Notes: generated by a model not told the origin, from the sequence alone. A DNA stretch of 63,884 nt, filler included, from Collodictyon triciliatum (GCA_043381765.1; 31 parts of 31 records of this genome joined end to end with filler, not necessarily neighbours in it), one strand, 5' to 3'; counted from the whole stretch's first letter, positions 39,411-53,486 are shown. Translations and numbers: made by a program.

Positions 39411-40298
39411 AGTCCTTGAAGATGAAACAACCCTCGGAGAAAATGACGAGGAGTTATCTGAGCAACCTAGTGAAGCAGCGTCCCAAACCACGCCGATGTC
39501 TCCTCCGAAATCACAGAATTGGTTTCGCCGGCTCTTCCAAAGAGAAACTGACAGTAGTGATGAAAGCGGAGCCGCACCAACAAGACCTGCCAAGGATATG
39601 GACTACATAGTGCAGGTCACATAGTTTACAAGCAATCCAGTAGCTTTTTTTCAACATGGATGGCGATTGCTTTATTACACATGAATGCATTATATTTATT
39701 TAATCCATCGACTTTGAATCGAATAAAGGATTTTTTTTTTATTGAATCCATCAAAATTACTGCCTTCTCTCTTATTTCCCTTCTCTGGGTCAAACATAAC
39801 CAAGTTATTTTCATCTATATCTTCAGTTCTCTCACTGACAAGGTACAATAATCTTTATCTGTCGACGATAGTTGGAACTAAGAATCCAACAAGCTCAAAT
39901 TGAGCAAGAAAGGATGGACGCAGAGTTATTGCAAGAGTACAACCTTTTCCACGAAAAGAAAGTTGACGACTTTAAAAAGATGCTAGACATTTACAGCAAG
40001 TGTCAGGCTAGTCACCATCGAGATGTAAGTTGCTTGAGGCTGAAAAATTTCTGCATATTCGAATAGATTGCCAGCGTAAAACATTTTGTAAACATATGCA
40101 CAGGCATTTCACATCTTTTGCACGCTTTCTTCAAGCTGCACACTAGACACTTGCCATGATTATCTTAATATCACATACTATTCACTAAATGAGGCGACAA
40201 AATCTCACGATATCACATTCTATCGTCTGGTTGAATAGGCTATGGAAGCATGGACTAAACTGCCGGCTGTTCTTGATAGAGTCAAAAAAATAGGCTAG
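39411..40298 (+). CDS. Sorting nexin BAR-domain C-terminus (Vps5/SNX-BAR-like), last three exons
   Basis: LELRIQQAQIEQERMDAELLQEYNLFHEKKVDDFKKMLDIYSKCQASHHRD|AMEAW. Confidence 0.7.
39695..39752 (+). mobile_element. Micro-insertion family A in an intron, 15-bp TSD with one mismatch, T-rich tail
   Basis: TTTATTTAATCCATC / TTTATTGAATCCATC flank GACTTTGAATCGAATAAAGGATTTTTTT. Confidence 0.7.
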
Positions 40299-40549
40299 GT
40301 AGTTATGCATTTTTTCTGAATGGTTTATTTTTTTCCATTCTGATGACAAGTGTTATACATGCAAGCTTTATTTTATTTACCATCGCTTGGTCTTTACCAT
40401 TAGATTATAAGATATATGAAGGCTCAGGCCAACCCAGCTCCTTTGCATTTTCTGAAAGAAGCTTGCCTACTAAGTCGGCGTAGTTCTTCACATCAAGGAG
40501 TAAAAAAAAGGAAGAAAAAAAAGCGCCCCATATAGAATAAAAAATCACA

Positions 40550-41150
40550 TTTTACTTCAGATTTATGCTCTTGAATGTACTGTTGATGCTTTCCACCTGT
40601 CTGAATAACCCCAACCCTGACACGAGAAAGCAAACTAACTGCAAGCACGAAGCAAGAGAATCGAAGGAAATAATCAAGAAAATACCTCTGGGAAGGGATG
40701 TTATATTCTTTGTGTGAAAAAATCATAAATACTGGCGAATGAAAAGGGAGATTGCGCTCGCGACCAGAGCCATAAATTGTCAAAGAGAACCATTGGAAAT
40801 GACCTCAAAAAACTCTGATGCATATAGTTCAAACGAGGGTTTTAAACTCTGCAGCGAAAAGGAGCTCACCAGCAACCTGCCGTTTGTGCCACAACCACGA
40901 CAACCAAGCATAAAAGGCAAGAGAAAAGACTCCTTTGTCCCTTCGAAAACAATCAAGCACCTTAGATGTCTATCCATACTTTCTCTGGAAAATATACTTT
41001 TGGCGATCGCATCTGCTGACAAAACAACCAAGGACAGCAGAAAAAGTGAAACGGCCGCCGAAGCAAACTTGCGGACGCAATGTTGTCGGGTTGTTTTCAC
41101 AAAATCCTCCCGAACTAATATCTCCTGCTCACCATTCTTTTCTCCACTCA
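40550..41150 (-). pseudogene. Hydrophobic membrane-protein-like frame with two in-frame TGA
   Basis: ...ISNGSL*QFMALVASAISLFIRQYL*FFHTK...; the frame continues through both stops. Confidence 0.35.
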
Positions 41151-41597
41151 CCTGCACTGTGTACTGCTTACGAAAACAAAAAAACAAAAAAACAAAAAAA
41201 CAAAAAAAACAAAAAAACAAAAAAACAAAAAAACAAAAANNNNNNNNNNNNNNNNNNNNNNNNNNNNNNNNNNNNNNNNNNNNTTAATTAATTAANNNNN
41301 NNNNNNNNNNNNNNNNNNNNNNNNNNNNNNNNNNNNNNNTGTTTGTTTGTTTGTTTGTTTGTTTGTTTGTTTGTTTGTTTGTTTGTTTGTTTGTTTGTTT
41401 GTTTGTTTGTTTGTTTGTTTGTTTGTTTGTTTGTTTGATTGATTGTTTGATTCGTTTAGTGAGTAGATTTATTGATCTGATTTATGGTAAAGGCATAGAT
41501 GACGAGAAAAGGGAACAAATTGTCTTTAAAAAGTAAAAGTAGAAAAGAAAGGTTTGTGATGCTCCTTGGGGTTTAGATGGGATGGTCTGTTTCCTTG

Positions 41598-43098
41598 CTA
41601 TGAAGAATTAGATGACTGGGCAGCCTTGCTAACGACAGAGGACATAATTGTCGAGGATTCTTTCAGTGTAAAAAGGTCTTTGATGATAGCCTGAAGGATG
41701 CATTACTTTAGTATGTGATTATTTAATCGATACATTCATTTCTTATATCCACGCACAGTATTCTTTGTGTAAGAATGAATGCTGGATAAGTGACTATAAA
41801 TAAAGGGGCAAAATGAATAGGACATAAATAAATTAAAAAATTCGAACCTGCCAACTAAGGCTAATAGAGATTAGCGAGCAGTTGATAGGCGTGATTGTTG
41901 GTGTCGGCTCCATGGATTTTGCAAATATGGACCGGATACCCGCAAGTCTCGATTGGTCGCCACTGTCAGCTGCATGTTATAGAAAATTGCATGAGTGAAA
42001 GATTTATAAACATGCGCATTTATAGATAATAATACTCCCAGAAAAGAAAAAAATAGATGTTTGTTGATGTCTTCCCCAAAAAAATAAACGTAGCTACTTT
42101 CCTTTCCTTTCCTTTCTGCTTTTCTTTTCTTTTCTTTTCTTTTCTTTTCTTTTCTTTTATTTTATTTTATTGTTTTTATTCTATATCTCAAATTATGAAA
42201 AGGACTGGTAAAGTACTTTCAGATATGGGCAACAGAGCCATCTGTGCTTTGCCCTTCCTATTAGGCCCGCTGATGGTAAAGAATGTTGGAGACGGGCCTT
42301 TTGCTCCAAAAATAGTTTTGATTACTGAAACTGGGGCCGATGATTGAGAAGACTCTAATTCGGTTTGCAGTATGTCATACCTACATAATTGTGTTGCTTA
42401 TGATGCTTCGATACATAAGAATCATTTGCATGGCATAAAAAGACAATATAAGATGCCGAACCCGACTGCACCCTGAAAGATGGTGACCTCTCTTGATGTT
42501 CCTGGGTGAATCCCGCCACGCGCGGTGATTTCGACGCAGACATACTCATCCTTATTTCGAACGGCAGCGTCGTGGAAGATGTGCTCAAAATCGTCGATGC
42601 AAAAGTATATGTCTGGATACGTGGTTGTGTGGCGGTCGTCCTTTGTGCGGTCCATGCGCTGACGAGAGGGGGTCGCATAGACGTTTTTGCTGATGCAGTG
42701 GATGACGCGCCATCTACGAAGGAAGCTGTGGCTGTCGGGGCCACTTGCAGAGGCATTTGCAGGGGCCGAGACAGACGCGGCTTTGCGCGCACAGACAGCA
42801 AAGCTGAGGGTGTATTGGAAGCAGTTGCAGATGGCGTTGAGAAAGAAGGATTCTTCCCAGTGCACAAGTGGGTCGGAGCGCGTTGGGATGGTGCTGCTGA
42901 CCGACGGATGGTTACGTCGCACAAAGAGCGGGTCCCCGTTTTCTGCGTTGAAGAAGCCTTTGTTTTTTACGAAAAAGAGCAGGTCGTCTGTCTCTGCCCG
43001 TGTGGTCTGCAGGAAGAAATCATGGAAGGCTGCGTACCAAAAGTCCATCTCCGCATTCGATGGTAGCTCGCTAGTCTGCTCAACCTCGGCTGCACCGT
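41598..43098 (-). CDS. KIAA0930: KIAA0930/DUF2045 family protein, 4 exons, 5' truncated
   Basis: DDLLFFV, WEESFFLN, VYATPSRQRMD, YPDIYFCIDDFE, VCVEITA, GPNRKGKAQMA. Confidence 0.85.
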
Positions 43099-43112
43099 CT
43101 GTGTGTTTTATT

Positions 43113-43301
43113 GGGTATTTTTGGGTATTTTATTGGGTATTTTATTGGGTATTTTATTGGGTATTTTATTGGGTATTTTATTGGGTATTTTATTGGGTAT
43201 TTTATTGGGTATTTTATTGGGTATTTTATTGGGTATTTTATTGGGTATTTTATTGGGTATTTTATTGGGTATTTTATTGGGTATTTTATTGGATATTTTA
43301 T
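43113..43301 (+). repeat. 12-bp minisatellite (GGGTATTTTATT)n, intronic
   Basis: About 15 tandem units next to the acceptor of the KIAA0930-like exon. Confidence 0.95.
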
Positions 43302-43606
43302 NNNNNNNNNNNNNNNNNNNNNNNNNNNNNNNNNNNNNNNNNNNNTTAATTAATTAANNNNNNNNNNNNNNNNNNNNNNNNNNNNNNNNNNNNNNNNNNN
43401 NTTTGTTTCTTTTTGTTTCTTTTTGTTTCTTTTTGTTTCTTTTTGTTTCTTTTTGTTTCTTTTTGTTTCTTTTTGTTTCTTTTTGTTTCTTTTTGTTTCT
43501 TTTTGTTTCTTTTTTACAAGCATGTTAATGTGTAAAGAATATGACATAGCAGTAGTATTGTGTTCAGTCATTCTTTGGAATTTCTGCTTACACTCGAATG
43601 GTATAG

Positions 43607-45362
43607 TACGGTTGCCGAGCGTCCTACGTGCAAATTATCTTGCAACAGATCATTTATGGCTTAAGGCATCTGCACTCTAATAATATTGTGCACAGAGACT
43701 TGAAGCTAGACAATATCCTCATTTCCAATCAGTTTCGCATCAAGATTGCCGATTTTGGCTTTAGTAATAAGTTTCAGCCAAACGAAAAAATGAAAAACTT
43801 TTGTGGTTCTATGACCTACGCCGCTCCAGAGATCTTATCGGGAAGACCTTACGACGGGCAAGCTGCAGATGTTTGGGCTGTTGGTGTCATTTTATTTTCA
43901 CTATTGAACGCATATTTTCCTTTCGGTGATAACGACCACGAGAGTATGAGAAAAGCAATATGCAGAGGGGAATGTGCCTCGATGCGACCTACAACCAATG
44001 TTGTGCAGTCTCTTGTTATGGGCTGTCTCTTAATCAACCCAGAAGAACGAATCACGATTGACCAGATTGTGAGGCATTATTGGTTTCTTGTAGGCCCTGT
44101 GAAAGACAAACAAGTGTCTCTTAGAGCTCCTAAGGATAAAGATTATGATTTTCGAACACACCTTCTCCCGGATGATGAGCTGCTTAAGTTCAGAGATATC
44201 ATGGACGGAAGCCTAAGGTATACTTCGACGTGGAACTTCAACTTGAATGATTTAAATGTTGGATATTTTTCAAAACCGCAAAACGAATCTGACCTTGGAG
44301 ATGACAGTAGCTTTGTAATTGGCAGCTTGAAGAAACTTTGGAGAAAAACTTTTGATTCCCAGGACATTGAGGTTCGAAATGTCATATCTCCACTTTCATC
44401 CAACATCAATTCTGATGATGTACCAATGGTGTCGCATAGACCGATGAACCAACATCATGACTCACACACCCAGCAAGTATACCCAAAATCCCAAGTGTAT
44501 GAACCCCCTTCTCCTCGACCCATACCACCAGTCGAATATGACCCCCCAGCTAGGGATAAGACTGACCGTAAGAATGTTTCCGTAACCATCTCTGCCCCAG
44601 AACCCCATCACGAGACGACTCGAGTAAGAAACAAGTCGAGAGGAATCAGTTTCAGTGTAGAAGGCCGCGACCGAACCTCGAGCTTTAGAAGAAAGTCTGT
44701 AAAACCTGAAGTTGTTGATTTGCCAGATGAAGTTATCCTCGACAATGGAGTCATCGTGAAGTCCGCTCAATCTGAGGTCAAGGTCCAACGAACTCGCAGC
44801 ATTCTTCTGCGAGCGAAACCAACCCAGATATATATTCCCTTGGAGATTTGCAGCGAACTAGGCGATTCCCACTCTCATTCTGAACTGTATCCAACCCTTA
44901 TAGACAAACAAGTTGCCTCGCATTCGGAGTATAGCCCAACTGCACATGTATCTTCATCGCCATTCCCAACTGAACTTCAATACCAGTCTCAGTCCCAGTC
45001 TCAATCTCAATCTCAGCCTCAATCTCAATCCCAATCTCAGTCTCAGTCTCAGTCTCAGTCTCAGTCTCAGTCTCAATCTCAATCTCAGTCACAGTCACAG
45101 TCTCAGTCTCAGTCTCAGTCTCAATCTCAATCTCAGTCTCAGTCTCCGTCTCTGTCTCACTTTCATTCTGAATTATCTCCAAACCTGACTAACGAACTGC
45201 AACTCGCCTCGCACTCGGAGTATACCCCAACTGCACATGTATGTCCATCGGCATTCACAACTGAATCCCAATCCCAATCCCAATCCCAATCCCAATCCCA
45301 ATCCCAATCCCAATCCCAATCCCAATCCCAATCCCAATCCCAATCCCAATCTCAATCTCAAT
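43607..45362 (+). CDS. CAMK-group Ser/Thr kinase (SNF1/MARK/TSSK-like) with poly-SQ tail; both ends incomplete
   Basis: HRDLKLDN, DFGFS, FCGSMTYAAPE, DVWAVGVILF. Confidence 0.92.
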
Positions 45363-46043
45363 NNNNNNNNNNNNNNNNNNNNNNNNNNNNNNNNNNNNNN
45401 NNNNNNTTAATTAATTAANNNNNNNNNNNNNNNNNNNNNNNNNNNNNNNNNNNNNNNNNNNNGCAGTAATTATACCAATTTATCACACAGAGACTTGCAG
45501 ACATCCAATTTCTTATATTATACGAAATATCATCATTAAGAGAATGTTTAGTGGCTGTATGATGCATAAGCAAATCACATCTATATTATTATCAAATCAA
45601 AAAAGCAATTAAAAAGCAAAGAATTCATTTCACATTGAAATATACTTGTTTATACGAATAGTTTATATCATAACAAAAAAATAGTATGCAGATTGATAAT
45701 ATTGAGCTTTAAGATTTAATACAACGTAGCTTTTTTAGCCTTTGAAAGCATCCAAAATGCATCCAAAATAAAAATTGACAAATCGAACAATATCATTCAT
45801 GAAAAAGGAGAATAACTTGTTTTATTATTGACACTAAATAAAACTAATGAATGCGATCTTTTTAACATGCAACAAACACGAAGGAATAGGAAGATTCATA
45901 ACATATATGCAACCGAAACAAGCACCGAGTCAACATCAGCATTCTCACTATCGACGAAGTCTGCACAAATACATACAAATTCATCAAAAATTTTTTATAT
46001 ATATTAAAGAGCATTGATTACTTATGCCAACTACTGAGCACAG

Positions 46044-47422
46044 GCTGTCCTCGAATGAGTAAACCATCACCTAGGAAAAATCGAGCTCAAGGCGAAGAAC
46101 ATCCGCGATGACTTTATGGACGGGTTCTTTTTGGCCATGCTGATTGAGGTGGTCACCCGATAGTCCTTGGAAAGCTACCATTCCCGCTTGTTTGCGTATG
46201 ACTTATTTATGATGTTCAAATATTGTTTTTTTCATGGATTGTTATTTAATACCTTTGTATATCAGTGACAAAGCTATTGAGGAGGAGGCTCTTGTTGACG
46301 AGAATTAAAAACTCATCGTTGATTGGTTTCTGAAATGGAATGTGCGTTATGAGGCTGTTGCTTCTCAGGCCCATTAGGCTGGTTTACTTTATTTGATTTA
46401 AAGGGAAATGTTTTTTGAACTTTTCACATATCATCCATTTATTTTGTATGAGTGACGTATAAATATTCTTACAGATATTCCCTACGAAATGCTCCAGTAT
46501 CTAATTAGACAAAGTGTTGGCCATTTGGAAGCATTGACGTAACAATACTTTTTTTTATTCTTTATTTTCCCTATTTTGAAACATGTCAAAATTTAATCTC
46601 TCAATGTTAAGAATTGTAGGAAAACTGTCGTGAGAGGTGCGATATCACTGCCAAGAAGCTTTACGAAAGAGCGAAGACCCCGTTTCCGTTCCATGGTTGA
46701 TATTTGATTTATTTTTTTAATTTTTATTTGATTTTATTGTTTTATATTTGTTTCTCAACTAAATTAAATTTAAACATTGATGCAGGTCTTAGTCTGGAAG
46801 AAAAAGGGTATGTTGTGCTCATCCACACTTGTATTCTTCTTGACAAGGTAATTAGTTAAAATTGAATAAAATATATCAAAATCATTGTGTTTTATAAAAA
46901 ATAATGTCGATTACAAACCAGATGAAGCTTGCTCGTGAAGACCTGAAGGAGAGGCAATACAAGAACTGGAATCCAGCTCCACAAAGATACGTGACACCTA
47001 CACCACCGGTACTCATTGTTTTTGAGGAGCGCGTCATCTGTGTTTTCCTTTCGTCGACTTTCCGTGAAATGCAGCAAGAAAGAGACGAGTTCCTCAATAA
47101 TGGAGCCTCTGAGTAAGTAAAACCCATTTATATAATAAATTCATGATAAGGAATGATAATTTGATGCTTTTATTTTTCTTACAATATAATTTTTATGCCA
47201 TGTTGAAAAGGCTTGCAAGAGCATTGGAACTGGACCCTGTCTTTATCGACTTGCGCTGGGGTCTGACTTCTGTGGACAGTAGTGAGGAATGGGTAATCAC
47301 AATATTAAAAATATATATTTGACAGTTTTTAGAATATTTAGCATTTTATAAAATAATAACCTTCAATTTTCTCTTATTTTTTCAAAGTTTGTGGTTTGCT
47401 GCCTGGACTCCATCGGAAAATG
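46044..47422 (+). pseudogene. Calponin-homology-like plus DUF4062 (TEP1/NWD N-terminal) multi-exon pseudogene
   Basis: LE*VNHHL..DDFMDGFFLAMLIEVV, LVDEN*KLI (CH); VFLSSTFREMQQERDE and FIDLRWG (DUF4062); stops at 46056, 46161, 46306. Confidence 0.7.
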
Positions 47423-50400
47423 NNNNNNNNNNNNNNNNNNNNNNNNNNNNNNNNNNNNNNNNNNNNTTAATTAATTAANNNNNNNNNNNNNNNNNNNNNN
47501 NNNNNNNNNNNNNNNNNNNNNNAAAGACAAAATAAACAAAATAAACATAAAAAAACAAGAGAGAAAAAGACAGAGGTATAAAACGAAAAAAAAGCAGATA
47601 AAAGGAATAAACAAACAACAGAAAGGCCGCGGGAATGAAGCCATACATGCGAGGTCCTATGCCACGCAGATATGGCTTCTAACGATTCTGCTGGAGGCTT
47701 AGCCGGCCATTAGTAATTGAGTGAATCAGACTATTAAAATTTGATGAATCAGACCATAGTGCATTATCCATCGTGCCATTTGAAAGTGTTATTAGGCAAA
47801 ATATATTATTTTCCAGATATTGATCACTAAATGCGATTTGAATTCTGCTTAATGTGTAATTCTGGAAAATTCCTTTTTTCCGTTTTGTCTGTGGTGCTGA
47901 ACCAACAAAACCAGCCGCACCCAAAAACCCACCCGCGTTGATATTCTCATTTCTCTTATAGGAAAGAAAAAAAAAGGGAAAAGATCTTGGCGTGGCTGTG
48001 TGATGCGGTGCCCATGTTGGAATAATGATTGGCGCTTCCATTAAAATATGGAAAGTGGGTTCAAAAGTGACAAAAGGTTGACCGTAGCCGATTTTTTTTT
48101 ATATATATAGACAACAGATAATGAAGGAGGGAGAATTAAGACCTATCTACACGAACAAGCATAGGCAGAGATACAACAGATGTTACACGTGGGGCTCATA
48201 CTACAGGGCTGAATGCGAAGCAAGCGTATTTCTGGATTATACATAGAGTCGCCTTTGCTGCCATTGCCCCTTACTCGGCATTAAACTCTTCAACGAAAGA
48301 AGAAAACAGCCAGCGATTCATCGTCTTCTCCAGCCCCAGAATATCTCCAAGGTTCAGTTCGTCCAGAACACTGTGCTGAACGCATAGCTGGGTGGATTGC
48401 TTCCATAGGTCTAGTCCTTTTTTCCATTCACTCTGGGCACGGGCCAACATCTTCACTCGATTTAGAGTATTATATTCGACCGAAACAGAGCGGCTATGGG
48501 TTTGCATAGGAGCGATTTGGCTCGAGAGCGCCGAAGTGCCGTTGGCTTTGAAAAAAATAATATGCGCGGCTTACTTTCTGACCTTATAAGAGTGGGATAG
48601 AAAGTAGGCTGGGCATGATAGTAAAAGAATATGGGATGCAGGTATTTAAGCCTCGAAAATAAACAGACCGATGTTTGCCGGTGGTGTTGCAGACGAGCGT
48701 GATTGTGGAGTCGAGTTGGCTGTGGATGAGTCAGCTTTATGTTCTGTTGCTGACGTGCTTTCTAGCAAGACTTCAACCTCCTTAAGTACTTTTTGAGAGG
48801 AGTCGGATAAACAAAAGATAGGTCCAGTACAACAGATCGCTTTACACCTGAGACTAGGGAAAGTTTGAATCAGCTTCATCGTTCATGGTCGAAAAAAGAG
48901 AAGAAAAAGAAGAAAAAGAAGAAAAAGAAGAAAAAGAAGAAAAAGAAGAAAAANNNNNNNNNNNNNNNNNNNNNNNNNNNNNNNNNNNNNNNNNNNNNNN
49001 NNNNNNNNNNNNNNNNAAAGAAGAAAGAAACAAAAGAAACATAAAAGCAAAAAGAAACAAAAAGAAAAAGAAAAGAAACAAAAGAAACATAAAAACAAGT
49101 CTAACTCCTTCCTTTTCCCTCCGGTTCACGCATGTTAGTGTGAAAATAACGCAGCAAAAATAAGAGAAAACTCTTACAAACCAAATCTAAGAAATTATAA
49201 TTTCATGAAAAAAATAAACAAATATCTCATTTCTTCATAAACCATATTTCCTGAGGAGCAAGCAGTTGGACCAACTTCGGTGCTTGTGATTCCTTCAGAT
49301 AAGATGCTACACTTCACCACTTTGATTGTATTACTCAAGTATGAAATCAACAACAAGAAGAAGAAGAAAGAAAAAGAAAAGAAAAAGAAAAAGAAAAGAA
49401 GAAAAAGAAAAGAAGAAAAAGAAAAGAAGAAAAAGAAAAGAAGAAAAAGAAAAGAAGAAAAAGAAAAGAAGAAAAAGAAAAGAAANNNNNNNNNNNNNNN
49501 NNNNNNNNNNNNNNNNNNNNNNNNNNNNNTTAATTAATTAANNNNNNNNNNNNNNNNNNNNNNNNNNNNNNNNNNNNNNNNNNNNTTTTTTTTTTTTGTG
49601 GTTCTGAATCTTTTCTTCCCCTTTTTTTTTTTTTTTTTTTTTTAATGAATCGTCGAAGATAGAAACCCAGATGCTTTCCATAATCCGCACCGCTACCGTT
49701 TATCTTTTTTTTTTTTTACATATATATTTTATTCTATCTTTCAATCTTGTACAAGGCGGTGGGAATGTTGGCTTTGGTTAACTAGCTATCATTTGCATGG
49801 ACACTGCTAATGTATATCAGAGATACAAAAACTAATCAACATCTTCTTATGCTTTGTAGATGCCCGAAAGATATTCAGCTGATGTCTATTTTATCATCCA
49901 AGTAATGTCCAGTATAATACTGGCATGATGCATGATGTGTTACCATTTGGAAAAAACATCTTTATAGTCTAATGCCTATTGGAATGATTAGATTTCTGCT
50001 GGACCATGAAGGGCAAGCCATCAACAAGAATTGGGATACATATCCCTTGAGTGACCCCCAACTAAAATATGGTTTATATTTTATTTCATTAAAGTCGCAC
50101 ACACATACATACACGCATGCACACAAGAAAAAAAAAGTTTTATCATTTGCTCATCAAAAAAAAAAAAAAAAAAAAAAAAAAGAAACATGTGGAGATAAAA
50201 ACTATTTATCCCTTGTTTTTTTTTATTTGTTATTTTTACATATCTAATATTATAATGAGTGGTTAATCAACGCATAGTCACGTTGCGAGTGATAATGAAC
50301 CACGGCAATAATAATAATAATAATAATTTTATACTTTATCGTGCTGGCAATTTTAAAATAAGAAAACAAACAGCTTCTTCATCGTGCTTTGCCTCGCTCG

Positions 50401-51230
50401 AGTGCCTCTACGCATTATTCAACAGATATAAGTTGACTTCAACAGAAGAAGCACATGTCCCAGACATTACAAGCTGGATAAAAAAATACCACGTTGAAGG
50501 CCAGGATGCAGCAACAAAGAAGACCCCATAATCTTTTCACGCCCGCAGCATTTGCAACGCAGGCATACACACTTTCTGCACCAACACACGCCCTCGGAAC
50601 AAAAAAAAAAAAAATGAAAATGAAAAGAATACAAAAAGAAAAATGAAAAATGAAGAGAATAAAAAAAAATTCAAAGAAAAAGTGAACGTGAAAGAGAGAA
50701 AAAGAAAACGGTATCTCTTTACTGCAACAACCACGCACCAGAAGCACACTAAACCAAGAACCGTATGAAACGCAGCGATGAATGAACATGCTACCCTAAG
50801 CATCATATGCCAGATGAAAGATCTGGAGTATCGCTCGGCTCTATGATTCATAATCCTTCAACAAAAGGCAGCATGTCTTTCTTTTTCTTTCGCCACTTTG
50901 AATACGCAGCTGCGTTTGTGGATGACGTTGTCTCGCGGAAAATCGCGCTCATCTAACCTGTCTTTCTTTTTCTTCTTTTTCCTCTTCCTCTCCGTTTCTT
51001 TCCGTCTCTTCTCAGAATATTCAAAAACAAACTAGTCAAGGCTCAGACGAGACAGGGAGCGTGTTCTCTTGAGACCCATAAAAATAAAATAATAAAAGGG
51101 AGCCTCACAATACTTCCCCCTTTTTCTTTCTTTCTTTTTTTTTTTTTTGACTATGCTCTTCTCTTCCAACGCTGCAGGCAAGCAGGCTCAAGGCAGGTCG
51201 CCTCTGATCGGGGTTGGTTCGGCATAAGGG

Positions 51231-51394
51231 ATGTCCTTCAAGAGCAAAGTTGCCCTGTGGTTTCTCTACGTCTTTGAGCTCTCTATCGCCTTCGTCGGCT
51301 CTGTCGGCCTGGCCATTTCACTGTATGGGCTGTATTACTGGTACATGATTCCCCAGATGCAAGTGTCACAGCCAATCTTCTTCGACTTTTCAGA
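51231..51394 (+). CDS. Seipin-family first exon
   Basis: TM segment followed by LYGLYYWYMIP....PIFFDF; GTATGC donor. Confidence 0.6.
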
Positions 51395-53486
51395 GTATGC
51401 GGCTATTTTTTCCTAATATTTTACAATTAGTTTTCTTATTTTTATTTTTGCTTTTTTGCTTTTTTGCTTTTTTGCTTTTTTGCTTTTTTGCTTTTTTGCT
51501 TTTTTGCTTTTTTGCTTTTTTGCTTTTTTGCTTTTTTGCTTTTNNNNNNNNNNNNNNNNNNNNNNNNNNNNNNNNNNNNNNNNNNNNTTAATTAATTAAN
51601 NNNNNNNNNNNNNNNNNNNNNNNNNNNNNNNNNNNNNNNNNNNATCGCAGTTTCTTCGCTAGCAACTGATTGTCTGGTTTCCACCTGAGTTGGCTTTTGT
51701 TTGTTAGCCTGTTTTCGTTTGCCTGTAGATACCTCGGGGTTAGGAGGCGTGTCTTTAGTTGTAATCGGGGTTGGGGCTGGGCTCTTATATCCTTTCGGAC
51801 GAATACTTGCTCTAGAGGGGTACCCTCCGACCATCTTGTGCTCCTCGTTGGTTGGGCTCGTCCGCGTGTTACGGGTAAAACGAGGATTTACAAAGATAGC
51901 TTTGGCCAACTTGGCCTAATTAGTTTCTTAGGTGGGCGCGATACCCTCGATAGAAATTTATTTTATCAAAAAAAATTCTTTTGGGAAATCGAGATGGTAA
52001 GACGAAACCCTGCCAATTGCTGGCTAAGGACACGATACTTTCCGATATATTGTTCTTGGTTAAAAAACCTAGTGACCATGCTCTTGAGAATTTTCTCTCT
52101 TCAGGAGCAGTTAGGTTTACAGAGCAGATGAGCAGTGTATTTATCTCTTTGACTAGGTAGTGGTAACCACTTTATCGGGTTTAAATAACTCTTGGACTGA
52201 ATCCAGTTAACATCGATTAGATGAAGGATTAATGAGTATTCAAAAATATTGTTCAGTTGAATTTTAAAACAGGATATTGATAAGTGTGCACCCTTGAAGA
52301 CATATTTTAGCTGAAATGGGAGTGTTTGTGCGAACGAGATGAATGAGCCTGTCGGTGATGAATACTGTCATGTTTTCTTTTCTCGGGAAGCGATTCCTAG
52401 TCCGATGGCTGAGTCTTTCATAATTATAAAAGTCACTTCCTTATCGTTGCACTTTCGGGCATTCATCACATCTCGCAGTTTATTGTACATATTCGTGCAG
52501 TTTGTGAAGGAAAGGATTTTCATTATTTTTTGTATAGGTATATGAAGCAGTCTTTTTTCTTTGAAGAATTTGCTCTATATTGCTTCCATTAACAGTGGTA
52601 TGCCAGTCACTTATTATTGATTGAGAGTTTGTCTCCATGCAAGCTCGCCCCTCACATGATGTTCGCGCGTTATCGTTCTAGTCTCGTTGGATTTCATCAT
52701 GAATTCAATTGAATATGTGGATGTGCGTCAATAAGAAATAAAACAATATCCATAAACATTAAACAATACGAAAGAAAAGCAAATGAGAAAAGGAAAGAAC
52801 TAAGTTTGTGCATCCCATATCATTTTTATAATAGGTTATAGTATAGATTGAAAATATTTACAATTTGTAGTATGTCGAATACTGTGTCATAAATCTTCCG
52901 AATTTTTGCAGCAGGAATACACGTCGTGCATCATTGGGAGATATCGCACCTGGAGCATTCGAGAATGTTCTGCCTTCCCAATAATTGATCGAAAATCCGC
53001 CGACTTAAGTAATCATAAGCTCAGTCCGCGTAATCGCGTCCACTATGCGTTGAAATGACAGCATATTTATTCGGATGGAAGATTCGTCGGACTTTGTGGG
53101 ATATTTAACCTTCGTCCCGTCGAAATCACTGCTGCCCTGCGCTCTTTCTTTCTCGCCGCCTTATCACACTACTTACTTGCAACGCGCATTCCATTCTCTG
53201 TGTGCACGACCGGACCTCTTTCACTCGAGCAACGATGCTTTTTTTATTTATAGTATATTGATACAAAAAATAGCATCGATTTTAATTACTCAACACTTTA
53301 TATACTGCCCTTTATCGTTTTCTCATACCATATTAGGAATTATCCCGTATAATTTTCGCCAAATCTTCGCTTTATAATGTACCGTATCTTGTGTACCGTA
53401 CCTAATCCTCGCCTATAAAAAAAAATAAAAAAAATAAAGGTGTGATGGAGCGTGGATAAAGCAAAGGACTTAACTCTTTTTTTCCA

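Noticed and set aside
43113-43301. (GGGTATTTTATT)n as a telomeric repeat
   Set aside because: It sits just upstream of a splice acceptor in a housekeeping gene, and nearly every contig ends in a different simple repeat.
40550-46308. Stop-codon reassignment (TGA=Trp, TAR=Gln) suggested by in-frame stops
   Set aside because: Long Trp-rich ORFs (LRR, WD40, kinase, GTPase) contain no in-frame stops, intact genes end in TAA/TAG, and similar broken loci also carry frameshifts; pseudogenisation explains it better.
51644-52640. Possible degenerate retroelement ORF1 on the minus strand
   Set aside because: Broken frames with no diagnostic motif I can support.
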